DNA of 52,663 nt from Desulfurella sp. (GCA_031960885.1 JAVRLY010000001.1:1-52663); one strand, 5' to 3'. Counted from the stretch's first letter, positions 37,648 through 48,213 are shown. Translations and numbers: made by a program. Notes: generated by a model not told the origin, from the letters alone.

Positions 37648-38573
37648 TCTTTATCCTCGCTGTTTTCATAGATGTTTTCAATTACAAACACTGGCCTATT
37701 TTTGACTTGTTTGTAAATTCTGCCAATATATTCACCAAGTATGCCAAATGCAAAAAACTGAGCTCCAATTAATATAAAAAGCACGCTAAATAGTGAAAAT
37801 ATACCACCAAGTGCCCACTGCACGCCATAAAAAATGCGCCCTAAAGCCAAAACAATGCCAAGCAATATTCCAAATGCGGCTGTTAAAATGCCACCATAAA
37901 GCAGTATTTCAAGCGGTAAATTAGAAAATGATGTCATAAGATCGAACATTAGATTGACTAGCTTAATTAATGAATACTTTGATTTACCTGCTTGTCTTTG
38001 ACTGTGTTCTATGGGAATTTCTACAATATTTTTTGTGTAATATGTGGCAATTGCCGGTATAAATACAGTTTTCTCATCGTTATTTAACATGCGATCTACT
38101 ATTTTTTTTCTATAACCTCTAAGCATGCAGCCCCAGTCATTAAGTTCTACTTTTGTAATTTTTTTTGTGATATAATTATTTAAGTGTGAAGAAATTTTTC
38201 TAAAAATAGAATCTTTTCTTTGTTGTCGTACAGTCGCAATAACATCAAAACCTTCGTTAAATTTTTCCACAATTTTTGGTATTTCTTCTGGAGGATTTTG
38301 AAGATCTGCATCCATTGTAATTATTTTATCACCTTTGACTATACTAAATCCAGCAAAGATAGCTGCGTGCTGCCCGTAATTTCTTGCTAATTCTACAATC
38401 TTAACATTACCTTTAAAGCTTTTTAAAATGTTCAAAGAATTATCCTTACTACCATCATCTACATATACAATCTCATAATCTTCATTTAATGAGTTTAAAA
38501 CTTTTAGTAACCTTTCATGCAAGGCTATTATATTTTCTTCTTCATTGTAAACGGGAATAACAACTGATATCAT
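37644..38573 (-). CDS. arnC: Undecaprenyl-phosphate Ara4FN transferase (GT2)
   Basis: ISVVIPVYNEE, RNYGQHAAI, DADLQNPPEEIP, DWGCMLRGY, GEYIGRIY. Confidence 0.92.
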   Translation of the reverse strand: MISVVIPVYNEEENIIALHERLLKVLNSLNEDYEIVYVDDGSKDNSLNILKSFKGNVKIVELARNYGQHAAIFAGFSIVKGDKIITMDADLQNPPEEIPKIVEKFNEGFDVIATVRQQRKDSIFRKISSHLNNYITKKITKVELNDWGCMLRGYRKKIVDRMLNNDEKTVFIPAIATYYTKNIVEIPIEHSQRQAGKSKYSLIKLVNLMFDLMTSFSNLPLEILLYGGILTAAFGILLGIVLALGRIFYGVQWALGGIFSLFSVLFILIGAQFFAFGILGEYIGRIYKQVKNRPVFVIENIYENSEDKE

Positions 38574-39481
38574 TTTTCAACTCCAAAGAAAGCTTTTCTG
38601 TTTAAAAATAAAGCGCTATTGCCTATTATAACGGATAACCACAGTGTGCAGATTCTTGCCAAGATCGTTGTTGGAAGGCTGATGTATGCTGGTATACCAA
38701 TAAAGTTAAGAAGACCAAATAATGTTAAATCAGAAACTATAAGGCCGCCAGGAAGCATTGATAAACTACCAACAAGTGTTGAAAACCCAAATATTACAGT
38801 TGTTTTTAATATACTCACATTATAGCCAAAACCCTTTAAAATTAGACTCAATGATATACCTTCGCTAATCCACGCTATTATTGTAATAAAAACGACTTCT
38901 GTAAATAGTCTTATGGAAAAAAAAGAAACCATACTTTTTATTACACTGTAATATTTTCTTATTGTGTATGGCAAAATGCTTCTTAATTGCAAAAAAATCT
39001 TTTTGAATATATTTGGGTAAAAGATTATGCTAAATGCCACAACACTCACCAAGCCAATAGTTGAAATCTTTTGCAAATAAAACATGCCAAATAAAGATAT
39101 CATAGAAAGTATCAAAAAATCAACATAAATTTCTGCAAATGTAGCTGATAGAGTTTTCTTAAAAGGTACTTTAGCTATATTTTCAATGATATAGTTTTTT
39201 ATAGTATACCCAAATTTTACAGGCGTGATGCTCATAGCAAGACCACACAAAAAAACTTTTAAATCCGTAAAAAAACTCACATCAATATTTAATTTTTTAA
39301 TATATAAATGCCATCTAAAAAATTTTATAAAATCATTACCAAAACCAAAAATTGCAGCTGCAATTAAGTATATTTTATCAAAATTTTCCAAAGATTGCAC
39401 AGCTTTTTTAAAATCTGTAAAAAAACCTATTGCTGAAATAATCAAAAAAAGTATTACAAGCAAAATAAAAAATTTTTTCAA
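38570..39481 (-). CDS. Lysylphosphatidylglycerol-synthase-TM / UPF0104 flippase-like membrane protein
   Basis: FFRWHLY, SITPVKFG, E..VD, SMLPGGL, ILARICTLW; about eight TM helices. Confidence 0.8.
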   Translation of the reverse strand: MKKFFILLVILFLIISAIGFFTDFKKAVQSLENFDKIYLIAAAIFGFGNDFIKFFRWHLYIKKLNIDVSFFTDLKVFLCGLAMSITPVKFGYTIKNYIIENIAKVPFKKTLSATFAEIYVDFLILSMISLFGMFYLQKISTIGLVSVVAFSIIFYPNIFKKIFLQLRSILPYTIRKYYSVIKSMVSFFSIRLFTEVVFITIIAWISEGISLSLILKGFGYNVSILKTTVIFGFSTLVGSLSMLPGGLIVSDLTLFGLLNFIGIPAYISLPTTILARICTLWLSVIIGNSALFLNRKAFFGVEK

Positions 39482-41106
39482 TGAGCTTTACCCAAATTTT
39501 TGTTTGATAATATACTAAAGTATGGCATTTTAAGCACAACATAGTAGGGCTTATAGGCAAAATGTTTTATATCCTTTGTTTTTATAAGTAAAATTACATT
39601 TGAATGTGAGTCCCAAACTTTTGCAAATTGTTCAATTGTAGGAAACCATTTTTCTTGTTCTTTTGGTGATAGATGTCTGTAACCAAAACCCAGTTCATTA
39701 ATAGAGTCGATTTGCACTGTCCTTTTTTGAGTGTAATAATTAAATGATTGCCTATATAACTTGTAGGAAGCCAAAATATCACCTTTTTTGTATATTTTGT
39801 TTACAAATAAAGCAACAGGTTTGGTTGTTTTGTAGTAAATTGTATAGCTTGCTGTAGGGATTATTGCTAAATTGTAAAAAATCAATATACCAATGAACAT
39901 ACCATTGAGTGTTTTTTTTGCGTCTTTTGTAATAAATGGCAAAATAGCTAGCACAATCAATGCGATAGCACTTGGAGCAATAAGAACAAACCATTTTTCT
40001 TTACTCATATATACATCTTGTACAAAGCAAAAACCAATAAGGGCTATAAAAAAGACGCTAAATAGCACTAAATTTATATATTTATCTTTTGTGTCAATAT
40101 TCTCAATCTTTGAAATTAAGTTGCCCAATATTATAGAAAGCGGAAAAAACAGCGGTGCAACGTAAGTTACTAGTTTGCTTTGAGATAAACTATAAAATAC
40201 AAATATAAAACCGCTAAATGTCAACAAAAATATTAAATCTTTTTTTTCAATATCGCCAAACTTTTGTGTTTTATAGACTCTTAACATGCTAAATATAAAA
40301 ACAATCCACGGCAAAAAACCAAAAACCACAACAGGTATAAATGTCCAGATTGGTTGTGTGTGTTCAAGTGGCTCTAAGTATCTTAAAAATTCTTGTTTTA
40401 GAAAGAAATAATAATAAAAATCGCTTAATTGCTTACCAGCTAGATAAACCCACGGCAAAATAAATGCTAATAATATTATTATGCCAACGATAGAAATAAG
40501 TTTAAAAAAACTTTTGAACTGTTTTGCAAATATTGACCACAAAAATAGTATTGCAAATGGGAAAATTATACCAATAAGTGCTTTAGATAAAAATCCAAAT
40601 GCCATACCTATATACATGAGGTATAAAAAGTATTTTTTATTGGTTTTTAAATATAAATAACCTGAATATGTTGACATAGCAATAAAAAATGCATTTGTCA
40701 TATCTATTAAGTTTAGTCTGCCAATTACAAAGTAATACAATGAGCTTGATAAAACCAAAGAAGACCAAATGGCTGTTTTTTCGTTGATCAATTTTTTTGA
40801 AAATGTGTAATTTAGGAATATACCTATCAAAGAGATAGTGACAGTCCAAAATCGTCCGGCAAAATCGTTAAAACCAAAAATCTTTAGAGCTATAATATTC
40901 ATCCAATAATACAAAGGGGGTTTTTCCAAGTAAACTGTGTAGTTTAAATAAGGTATAACATAGTGTCTAAGTTGCAACATTTCTCGTGGGATTTCCACGT
41001 ATCGAGCTTCGTCTGGATCCATATATGGCATGAGCCATATCAAACCAAAGTAACAAATTACAATGAAAATAGCATAAAAAAGCATTTTTTTCTTTTGCGT
41101 TTCCAT
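39478..41106 (-). CDS. arnT: ArnT-family (GT83) lipid A Ara4N transferase
   Basis: DPDEARYVEIPREM, YLEKPPLYYW, GFLSKA, SKLVTY; start at ATG 41106 or the upstream TTG 41121. Confidence 0.9.
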   Translation of the reverse strand: METQKKKMLFYAIFIVICYFGLIWLMPYMDPDEARYVEIPREMLQLRHYVIPYLNYTVYLEKPPLYYWMNIIALKIFGFNDFAGRFWTVTISLIGIFLNYTFSKKLINEKTAIWSSLVLSSSLYYFVIGRLNLIDMTNAFFIAMSTYSGYLYLKTNKKYFLYLMYIGMAFGFLSKALIGIIFPFAILFLWSIFAKQFKSFFKLISIVGIIILLAFILPWVYLAGKQLSDFYYYFFLKQEFLRYLEPLEHTQPIWTFIPVVVFGFLPWIVFIFSMLRVYKTQKFGDIEKKDLIFLLTFSGFIFVFYSLSQSKLVTYVAPLFFPLSIILGNLISKIENIDTKDKYINLVLFSVFFIALIGFCFVQDVYMSKEKWFVLIAPSAIALIVLAILPFITKDAKKTLNGMFIGILIFYNLAIIPTASYTIYYKTTKPVALFVNKIYKKGDILASYKLYRQSFNYYTQKRTVQIDSINELGFGYRHLSPKEQEKWFPTIEQFAKVWDSHSNVILLIKTKDIKHFAYKPYYVVLKMPYFSILSNKNLGKAH

Positions 41107-41129
41107 TTTTTTCACTCCCAAAATTGTAT

Positions 41130-41351
41130 TTATATCATTTTATTTGGATTTTGTATATCTTCGAGATTATTTTCTAAAAAATTTTCAAGATTGACTGCCA
41201 GTTCAATTTTAGGAAGCCTTTTGGTTGCAATTTTCTGTGTTGGCGAGTGTGATATTAGCGTTGTTTGCGTAAAATAAATATGGCTTCTTTGTACTTGTGT
41301 GAGGCAAAAAAATATAGTAAATAATAAAATAAAAAACTTAAAATTACTCAT
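41130..41351 (-). CDS. Small hypothetical protein with an N-terminal hydrophobic segment
   Basis: MSNFKFFILLFTIFFCL...; fills the gap upstream of arnT on the same strand. Confidence 0.4.
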   Translation of the reverse strand: MSNFKFFILLFTIFFCLTQVQRSHIYFTQTTLISHSPTQKIATKRLPKIELAVNLENFLENNLEDIQNPNKMI

Positions 41352-41421
41352 ACCCAATTATTTAGCCTATATGTTTTGACTTGAAGTTATAAAAAAATTA
41401 CATTATATTCATTTTAAGCTA

Positions 41422-41450
41422 TTGAAAACATTTAAAAAAAATAATATACT
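41422..41450 (+). promoter_or_regulatory. Sigma70 promoter of the PagL-like gene
   Basis: TTGAAA-N17-TATACT followed by a GGAGGT RBS. Confidence 0.65.
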
Positions 41451-41474
41451 AAGTCAATATATGGAGGTGTAAGC

Positions 41475-42005
41475 ATGAAAAAAGTATTGTTTGTTTTTTT
41501 GTTTTTGTTTGCAGTAAACTCAACAGCTAGTGCTCGCATTATATACAACATAGGTTATGGTTTTGGTTTGCTAAATAGTGGTAATGGTTTTTCAAAGCTT
41601 GATAAAAAGTATTATGATTACTACAAAGCAAGCGTGGATTTTGAACATTTCTTTAGTAAAAATTTTAGTATTATTGGAGAGCCATTTGTTGCATATGTAG
41701 ACAGACCCACAGATGGTGTATCTTTTGGCGCAAGCGGTTTATTGAGGTATTACTTTTTAAATGAGTCTGGGTTTAGGACATTTGCAGATGGTGGATTGGG
41801 TGTTTCTTACAATACCTTACAGTATCCAGGTCAAGCTTCAAAGTACCTATTTATGCCTCAAGTAGGTTTGGGAGTAGAATTCAATGTTGGAAAAGCTACA
41901 AAAATGTTTATAGAAGATAGGTTTATACACATGTCTTGCGCATCTATCAAAGAGCCTAACGGCGCTGTTAATTCAAATACAATCATGATTGGCATATCTT
42001 TTTAA
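41475..42005 (+). CDS. Outer-membrane beta-barrel, PagL/acyloxyacyl hydrolase-like lipid A deacylase
   Basis: Signal peptide, alternating beta-strand pattern, RFIHMSCAS..EPNGAVN (family HxSNA..PNxG), terminal Phe. Confidence 0.75.
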   Translation: MKKVLFVFLFLFAVNSTASARIIYNIGYGFGLLNSGNGFSKLDKKYYDYYKASVDFEHFFSKNFSIIGEPFVAYVDRPTDGVSFGASGLLRYYFLNESGFRTFADGGLGVSYNTLQYPGQASKYLFMPQVGLGVEFNVGKATKMFIEDRFIHMSCASIKEPNGAVNSNTIMIGISF

Positions 42006-42008
42006 ATA

Positions 42009-43010
42009 ATGGATGAGTTTAGAGATTGGCATTGGCAAAAAAGACATTCATTGAAAGATGTTTCTCATCTGGGTTTACAAATTATAAATACTTATGATAC
42101 GCTTGTTACGCCGTATTTAGTGAGTCTGTTTAAAAGTGAATTTATATTAAAGCAGTTTGTCGAAACTTGCGAAATCGACGATAATAGTGGTTTTGAAGAC
42201 CCTTTATTTGAGCAACAGTTTACAAAATCAAAGGGTTTAATTCACAGGTATCCAGACAGAGTGCTTTTAACTGTTACAAATAAGTGTTTTGCAAATTGCA
42301 GGTTTTGCTTTAGAAAAAGTAATTGGGAGCATTTTAGCGGTTTTGATTTACAAAGAGCTACCAATTACTTAAAACAGCACGAAGAAGTTAGAGAGGTACT
42401 AATAAGTGGGGGTGACCCTTTAGTCTTTGAAGATGAAAATTTAATAAACATAATTAGAGCTTTAAGAAGCATAGAACATATCAAGACAATAAGGATAGCA
42501 ACACGCGCTTTGAGCGTCTTACCATATAGAGTTACTGAAATACTATTAGATAAATTAAAGCCATTTAAACCCATTTGGTTTTCAATTCATATTAACCACC
42601 CAGATGAGATTACAAATGATTTTATTGAATCTTCAAGCAAAATAATAGATAGTGGGTTTCCAATTGTTTCACAGACTGTGCTATTGCGCGGTATAAACAA
42701 TAACGCAAGCATCTTAGAAGAGCTGTTTTGTAGATTAGTCAATTTACGTATAAAGCCATACTATTTGTTTGGATGCGATATGGCAATTGGTAATAATAGG
42801 TTTAGAGTAAAACTCCAAGAGGCACTAAGTATAATAGATGCGTTGCGCAACAACATAAGTGGTCTTTGTATGCCATTTTTTGCAGTTGATGTGCAAGATG
42901 GCGGCAAAATCGTATTGGAGCCAAATCGCATCATTTCTGCAAGTGGCAATACGTACACGTTTAAAAATTTTGAAGGCAGGGAGTATATTTATAATGATGT
43001 ACAGTATTGA
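42009..43010 (+). CDS. KamA-family radical SAM protein (lysine 2,3-aminomutase/EpmB-like)
   Basis: HRYPDRVLL, CFANCRFCFR, ISGGDPL, HINHPDE, QTVLLRGIN, PYYL, GGK. Confidence 0.9.
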   Translation: MDEFRDWHWQKRHSLKDVSHLGLQIINTYDTLVTPYLVSLFKSEFILKQFVETCEIDDNSGFEDPLFEQQFTKSKGLIHRYPDRVLLTVTNKCFANCRFCFRKSNWEHFSGFDLQRATNYLKQHEEVREVLISGGDPLVFEDENLINIIRALRSIEHIKTIRIATRALSVLPYRVTEILLDKLKPFKPIWFSIHINHPDEITNDFIESSSKIIDSGFPIVSQTVLLRGINNNASILEELFCRLVNLRIKPYYLFGCDMAIGNNRFRVKLQEALSIIDALRNNISGLCMPFFAVDVQDGGKIVLEPNRIISASGNTYTFKNFEGREYIYNDVQY

Positions 43011-43353
43011 TGATATTGTTAGTAAAATAAAGCAAGAAAATAAAACAAAAGATATCGGCATGATTTTAATACACAATGGTATAGTTAGAAAATCCTCTAA
43101 AGATGGCAAGAAAAACGTTAGCAGCATGAATGTGAGCTATGATAAAAAGCTTTTAGAACAGAAAATAACACAGCTTAAAATGACAAAAGGGATTGTAGAT
43201 GTAGTGGCTTTTATCAATGAAGGCAATCTTAATGTAGGCGATGATATTATGTTGGTTGTTGTGGCTGGTGATAGAAGAAGTAATATTTTAAAACCCTTTG
43301 AAGAGTTTATAGAATATATTAAAAAGTATGTTGTTAAAGAGCATGAAGTATGA
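42994..43353 (+). CDS. moaE: Molybdopterin synthase large subunit-like (MoaE family)
   Basis: GMILIHNGIVR, GNLNVGDDIMLVVVAGDRR, K..VVKEHE. Confidence 0.82.
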   Translation: MMYSIDDIVSKIKQENKTKDIGMILIHNGIVRKSSKDGKKNVSSMNVSYDKKLLEQKITQLKMTKGIVDVVAFINEGNLNVGDDIMLVVVAGDRRSNILKPFEEFIEYIKKYVVKEHEV

Positions 43354-43958
43354 ATGAAATTGTTAAGCGCATAATCGAGCATTACCCTAACCCAAAGTTA
43401 GAACTAGAATACTCTAATCCATTTGAGTTGCTTATAGCTTTGGTTTTGTCTGCGAGATGCCTTGATAAGACTACTAACAAGATAACAAAAGAGTTTTTTA
43501 AATGTTTCAAAACGCCATGTGACATTGCAAACTCAAGTATTGAAGAAATAAACAAGCTTATATCTTCTTGCAGTATGCACAACGCCAAAGCAAAGAATAT
43601 CTTTGAGTTATCAAATGTTTTGTGCAAAAGTTACAATAACACGCTGCCAAATGATTATGATATACTTGTAAAATTGCCTGGCGTTGGATCCAAAACTGCA
43701 AACATATTGCTTGCATTTGGGTTTGGTATTGATGCAATAGGCGTTGATACGCATGTAGCTAGGGTGTGTAAAAGACTTGGGATATCAAAAACAGATGACC
43801 CAAAAGAGGTTGAAGAAGCTATAAAGTTGATTTGTGATAAAAGCCTATGGGTTAAATTTTTCTCTGGGTTGATTTTACATGGCAGGTATATTTGCACAGC
43901 CAAATCCCCCCATTGCAGTGATTGTTTTTTAAATGATTTATGTGCAAAGAACATTTAG
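43350..43958 (+). CDS. nth: Endonuclease III
   Basis: PFELLIALVLSA, HhH LPGVGSKTAN, VDTHV, CTAKSPHCSDCFLNDLC. Confidence 0.95.
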   Translation: MNEIVKRIIEHYPNPKLELEYSNPFELLIALVLSARCLDKTTNKITKEFFKCFKTPCDIANSSIEEINKLISSCSMHNAKAKNIFELSNVLCKSYNNTLPNDYDILVKLPGVGSKTANILLAFGFGIDAIGVDTHVARVCKRLGISKTDDPKEVEEAIKLICDKSLWVKFFSGLILHGRYICTAKSPHCSDCFLNDLCAKNI

Positions 43959-44314
43959 GCTTTGATTATTGTTTTGATGAAGATTATTGTAAGCTATGCA
44001 GAGGGTTTTGTTGTATAGGTGATGGGTTTGTTTTTCTAACCCAAGATGATATAGTTTCAATAGCCAATTTTCTAAATTGCGAAAAAGAAGAGTTTTTGCG
44101 CGTCTATACAAGAAAATTTTACGATAAAACTGTGCTTGCTAACATAAAAGTAAATGGCATATCCATGTGTTGTTTTTTAGAAAACGGCTTGTGTAAAATT
44201 TATCCCAAAAGACCCACTCAATGCAAAATATTTCCCTTTTGGGATAGTATGAAAGATTTGAATATTGAAGAGTTAAAAACATTGTGTCCAGCAATAAAAC
44301 CGATAAAGAAATAA
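43940..44314 (+). CDS. YkgJ/UPF0153 cysteine-cluster (CxxCxxxCC) protein
   Basis: CKLCRGFCC, CCFL..GLCKIYPKRPTQCKIFPFW, CP. Confidence 0.85.
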   Translation: MCKEHLGFDYCFDEDYCKLCRGFCCIGDGFVFLTQDDIVSIANFLNCEKEEFLRVYTRKFYDKTVLANIKVNGISMCCFLENGLCKIYPKRPTQCKIFPFWDSMKDLNIEELKTLCPAIKPIKK

Positions 44315-44357
44315 CGTTTGACTTTTTGATAAAATTCTTATAGTTTATGAGCGGCTT

Positions 44358-44984
44358 ATGAAAAGGTTAAGTAAAGTTGAAGTTAAAGGTATAGAAGCTA
44401 TGTTTTATGATGAGCTTATAAGCATAGCAAGTGGTTTTACATACAAAAAATTTCTCAATAAAGTTATAAGCGATATGCATATAAAACCAAATCAATCTAT
44501 TTTAGATTTTGGATGTGGCTCTGCAATGGCACTATGCAGTTTTTTAAACTATACACAAGGCCCAATTATAGGTTTTGACATTGGCAAGCACATGATTACA
44601 AGGGCTTATAAAAAATGTAAGCTCTTTAAAAATGTAAAGATTTTTTATCATGATATTAGGAAACCATCGTCATTTGTAGTTGATAAAGTATTTATATCTT
44701 TTGTTTTGCACGGTTTTGTTGCAAATGATAGGCTAAAGATAATACAAAACGCTTATAACAATTTAAAGCAAAACGACCAGTTGTGCATATTAGATTACAA
44801 TGAATTTGATTATAATAACAAGCCTTTTTGGTTTAGGAAATTATTTTCTCACTTTGAGTGCCCATTGGCGATTGAATTTATTGCTTTGCCCATTAAGGAT
44901 GTGCTAAGAAGCGTTGGCTTTAGAGAGTTTTACGAATATTACTACTATAATGGGCTTGTGAGGTTGCTTGTTGCAAAAAAATGA
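44358..44984 (+). CDS. Class I SAM-dependent methyltransferase
   Basis: ILDFGCGSA motif I, GFDIG, FVLHGF, ILDY. Confidence 0.85.
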   Translation: MKRLSKVEVKGIEAMFYDELISIASGFTYKKFLNKVISDMHIKPNQSILDFGCGSAMALCSFLNYTQGPIIGFDIGKHMITRAYKKCKLFKNVKIFYHDIRKPSSFVVDKVFISFVLHGFVANDRLKIIQNAYNNLKQNDQLCILDYNEFDYNNKPFWFRKLFSHFECPLAIEFIALPIKDVLRSVGFREFYEYYYYNGLVRLLVAKK

Positions 44985-45987
44985 AATAGTCATTGCGCTT
45001 TCAAACTCAAATTTAATGATAAAGGATTTAAAGGGCTTTTCAAGCATACAAGAGCTTTATGAAAAAGTTAAATGCAATATTGACACAAAAAAAATAGAAC
45101 ATGACTTAGTTTATATTGAGAAAAACAATATAACTGTGATTGATTACTTTGATGAAAACTACCCTGACAGCCTAAAACATATAGATTACCCACCAATTGT
45201 GTTATTTGCAAAAGGCACATTTGACCCATCAAAACTATTCTTTGCCATAGTTGGCACAAGATACCCATCAGGTTATGGTGAAAAATGTGCTCAATGGTTT
45301 TCAAAAGAGCTAACTTTATCGGGTTTTTCAATTGTAAGTGGACTAGCGCGCGGTATTGATAGTATTGCACAAAAAATTTGTCTTGACAATGGTGGCTATA
45401 GTGTAGGTGTGTTGGGTTGCGGGATTGATGTAGTCTACCCAAAAGAAAATCAATTATTATTTGAAAGGATTTCTGAAAGTGGCGCAATAATAAGCGAATT
45501 TGCAATATCAACACCGCCAAACTCGTACAATTTCCCAAGACGCAATAGAATTATTACAGGTTTAAGCGAGGGTTTGCTTGTTGTTGAAGCTGACATAAAA
45601 AGCGGTTCTTTAATTAGCGCAAAGTATGCACAAGAACAATCAAAGCCGATTTTTGCGATACCTGGTGAAATTTTTTCAAAAAGAAGCTTTGGAACAAATC
45701 AATTGATTAAAGATGGTGCCTATTTAGCCCAGGAACCATCAGATATCATTTTTTACTTTTACAAAGAAATAAAAAATACCATTAGCAAAGAAACCACACA
45801 TAATAATGAACCTATTTTAACTGAAGATGAAGCTTATGTGTTAAGCGCTTTAGAAGGCGAGTTAAGTTTAGATGAAGTTGTTGAAAAAACAAAATTTTCA
45901 ATAGACACTGTAGCATCTGTTATGTTTGATTTAGAAATTAAAGGTCTAATTAAACGTGTGGGTTTAGATAAGGTGAGAAAAACATGA
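44968..45987 (+). CDS. dprA: DNA-processing protein DprA
   Basis: AIVGTR, IVSGLARGID, NFPRRNRII, SGSLISA, G..QLIKDGA. Confidence 0.96.
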   Translation: MLQKNEIVIALSNSNLMIKDLKGFSSIQELYEKVKCNIDTKKIEHDLVYIEKNNITVIDYFDENYPDSLKHIDYPPIVLFAKGTFDPSKLFFAIVGTRYPSGYGEKCAQWFSKELTLSGFSIVSGLARGIDSIAQKICLDNGGYSVGVLGCGIDVVYPKENQLLFERISESGAIISEFAISTPPNSYNFPRRNRIITGLSEGLLVVEADIKSGSLISAKYAQEQSKPIFAIPGEIFSKRSFGTNQLIKDGAYLAQEPSDIIFYFYKEIKNTISKETTHNNEPILTEDEAYVLSALEGELSLDEVVEKTKFSIDTVASVMFDLEIKGLIKRVGLDKVRKT

Positions 45988-48173
45988 ATTTAGTTATAGT
46001 AGAGTCCCCAGCAAAAGCAAAAACAATATCGCGTTTTTTGGGCAAAGATTATGAAGTTATAGCTTCATATGGGCATATTAGGGATTTGCCCAAAAATAAT
46101 TTTGGCGTAGATATTGATAATGGTTTTAAGCCAAAGTACACAATTTTGAAAGATAAAAAACCCATTGTAGAACAAATTAAAGCCAAAAGCACTCAATCTA
46201 GACAAGTGTATATTGCAACAGATGAGGATAGGGAAGGAGAGGCAATAGGCTACCATATTGTTGAAGTTAGCAAAATACCACAAGATAAAATTAAACGCAT
46301 AGTGTTCCACGAAATTACAAGACAAGCAATATTAGATTCATTAAAAAACCCGCGTGGCATAGATATTTTGATGGTTGATTCACAAGAATCAAGAAGAATA
46401 TTGGATAGGATTGTTGGCTACAAACTATCTCCGCTACTTGCAAAAAAAATTAGGCGAGGACTGTCTGCTGGAAGGGTTCAATCTGTTGCACTGAAACTTA
46501 TAGTAGAAAGAGAAGAAGAAATTCAAAATTTTGTAAAAAAAGAGTATTGGACAATTCATTTGATTTTTTCCGATGGGGACAATGAAGTTGAATCTGTTTT
46601 AATAAGTATGGACAATGCTGAGTTAGATAAGTTTTTTATAGAAAATGCCACATTAGCTCAAAAAATTAAATCCGAAATTGAAAAAGAAGAGTTTATTGTT
46701 AAAAGCATTGTAAGAAAAGTGGTTACAAGAAAACCAAAACCACCATACATTACAAGCACATTACAACAAGAAGCTTCCACAATATTGGGTTTTTCTCCAA
46801 AAAAAACTATGCAAATAGCGCAAAAGCTATATGAAGGCGTAACTTTACAAAAAGATCGTATGGGACTTATTACATACATGAGGACAGATTCGTTAAATGT
46901 ATCAAAACAAGCGCAAGAAGAAGCATTAAATATAATAAAAAAATTTTACGGCGAACCGTATGTGCCAAAGCAATCAAATATCTACAAAACCAAATCCAAA
47001 ACCGCTCAAGAAGCCCACGAAGCCATAAGGCCCACTAAGCCATCACTATTGCCAGATATGGTAAAGGAATATTTAAGCGCTGATGAATATAAACTTTACA
47101 ATTTGATTTGGAAAAAATTCATGTCAAGCCAATGTTCAAGTGCAAAAGTAAATGCAGTAAATATAGTATTTTCATCTAATCGTTTTGAATCAAAGGCTAT
47201 TTTTAACGAACTTGTTTTTGATGGTTATTTGAAAATTTGGGATTACTCGGATAATGATTTTCAAAAAGCACCAAATTTTAAAGAAAATCAAAGTGTCATT
47301 TTAAAAGAAGTTCTAGAAAAACAACATTTTACAGAGCCACCACCAAGGTATACAGAAGCAAGTCTTATAAAGATGCTTGAATCTTATGGTATTGGTAGAC
47401 CTTCCACCTATGCTGCTATCATAGATACAATTTTAGAAAGGCAGTATGTGAATTTAAAAGATAAAAAGTTTTATCCAACAGAGATTGGTATAATTGTAAA
47501 AAAAGCGCTAGATGATTATTTTAAAGACATTATAAATGTTGATTTTACAGCAAAACTTGAAGAAGACCTTGATGATGTAGCAAAAAATAAAGTAAACAAA
47601 ATAAAACTTTTAAAAGATTTTTACAATAAATTTCAAGTAATGCTTGAGAAGGCTTATAAAGAAATGGATTCTATAAAACCAAAGGATGAGCCAACTGACA
47701 TTGTTTGTGAACTCTGCGGGGCAAAAATGGTAATTAGACAAGGCCGCTATGGTAAATTTTTAGCTTGCTCCAATTATCCAAAGTGCAAAAATACAAAGTC
47801 GCTTTCAGATGATATGGTTGACATAACATGTAATAAATGTGGCGCAAAAATGGTAATTAGACAAGGCCGCTATGGTAAATTTTTAGCTTGCTCCAATTAT
47901 CCAAAGTGCAAAAATACCATGCCATATCCTACAGGCTTAAAATGCCCAGATTGTGGTGGTGATTTGGTGGAAAAAACATCTAAACGTGGAAAATTCTATG
48001 GTTGTAGCAATTACCCCAATTGTAAGTTTACTATCAGAGGTAATCTTATTAATAAAAAATGTCCTCAGTGTGGCTGGGAATTGTTTAAGGTGTTAAAAAA
48101 TTCACTAAAATGTGCAAACCCAAATTGCAACTATGAAGAGCCAATTGAAAAGGAAGAGCTTGAAAAATTATAG
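45984..48173 (+). CDS. topA: DNA topoisomerase I with C-terminal Zn ribbons
   Basis: [56 protein letters not shown]. Confidence 0.98.
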   Translation: MNLVIVESPAKAKTISRFLGKDYEVIASYGHIRDLPKNNFGVDIDNGFKPKYTILKDKKPIVEQIKAKSTQSRQVYIATDEDREGEAIGYHIVEVSKIPQDKIKRIVFHEITRQAILDSLKNPRGIDILMVDSQESRRILDRIVGYKLSPLLAKKIRRGLSAGRVQSVALKLIVEREEEIQNFVKKEYWTIHLIFSDGDNEVESVLISMDNAELDKFFIENATLAQKIKSEIEKEEFIVKSIVRKVVTRKPKPPYITSTLQQEASTILGFSPKKTMQIAQKLYEGVTLQKDRMGLITYMRTDSLNVSKQAQEEALNIIKKFYGEPYVPKQSNIYKTKSKTAQEAHEAIRPTKPSLLPDMVKEYLSADEYKLYNLIWKKFMSSQCSSAKVNAVNIVFSSNRFESKAIFNELVFDGYLKIWDYSDNDFQKAPNFKENQSVILKEVLEKQHFTEPPPRYTEASLIKMLESYGIGRPSTYAAIIDTILERQYVNLKDKKFYPTEIGIIVKKALDDYFKDIINVDFTAKLEEDLDDVAKNKVNKIKLLKDFYNKFQVMLEKAYKEMDSIKPKDEPTDIVCELCGAKMVIRQGRYGKFLACSNYPKCKNTKSLSDDMVDITCNKCGAKMVIRQGRYGKFLACSNYPKCKNTMPYPTGLKCPDCGGDLVEKTSKRGKFYGCSNYPNCKFTIRGNLINKKCPQCGWELFKVLKNSLKCANPNCNYEEPIEKEELEKL
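47721..47917 (+). repeat. Two identical 74-bp direct repeats (47721-47794 and 47844-47917) encoding topA Zn ribbons
   Basis: GCAAAAATGGTAATTAGACAAGGCCGCTATGGTAAATTTTTAGCTTGCTCCAATTATCCAAAGTGCAAAAATAC occurs twice, period 123 nt. Confidence 0.95.
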
Positions 48174-48213
48174 AATTTCATTTATAGTACTAGTGACTTT
48201 GAGGAGGTTTAAA

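Noticed and set aside
42859-42993. Long N-terminal extensions of moaE, and likewise rpmB (48112), polA (30788), rrf2 (7929) and the rhodanese (25312)
   Set aside because: They overlap upstream genes or promoters; family N-termini and RBS positions support the later ATGs.
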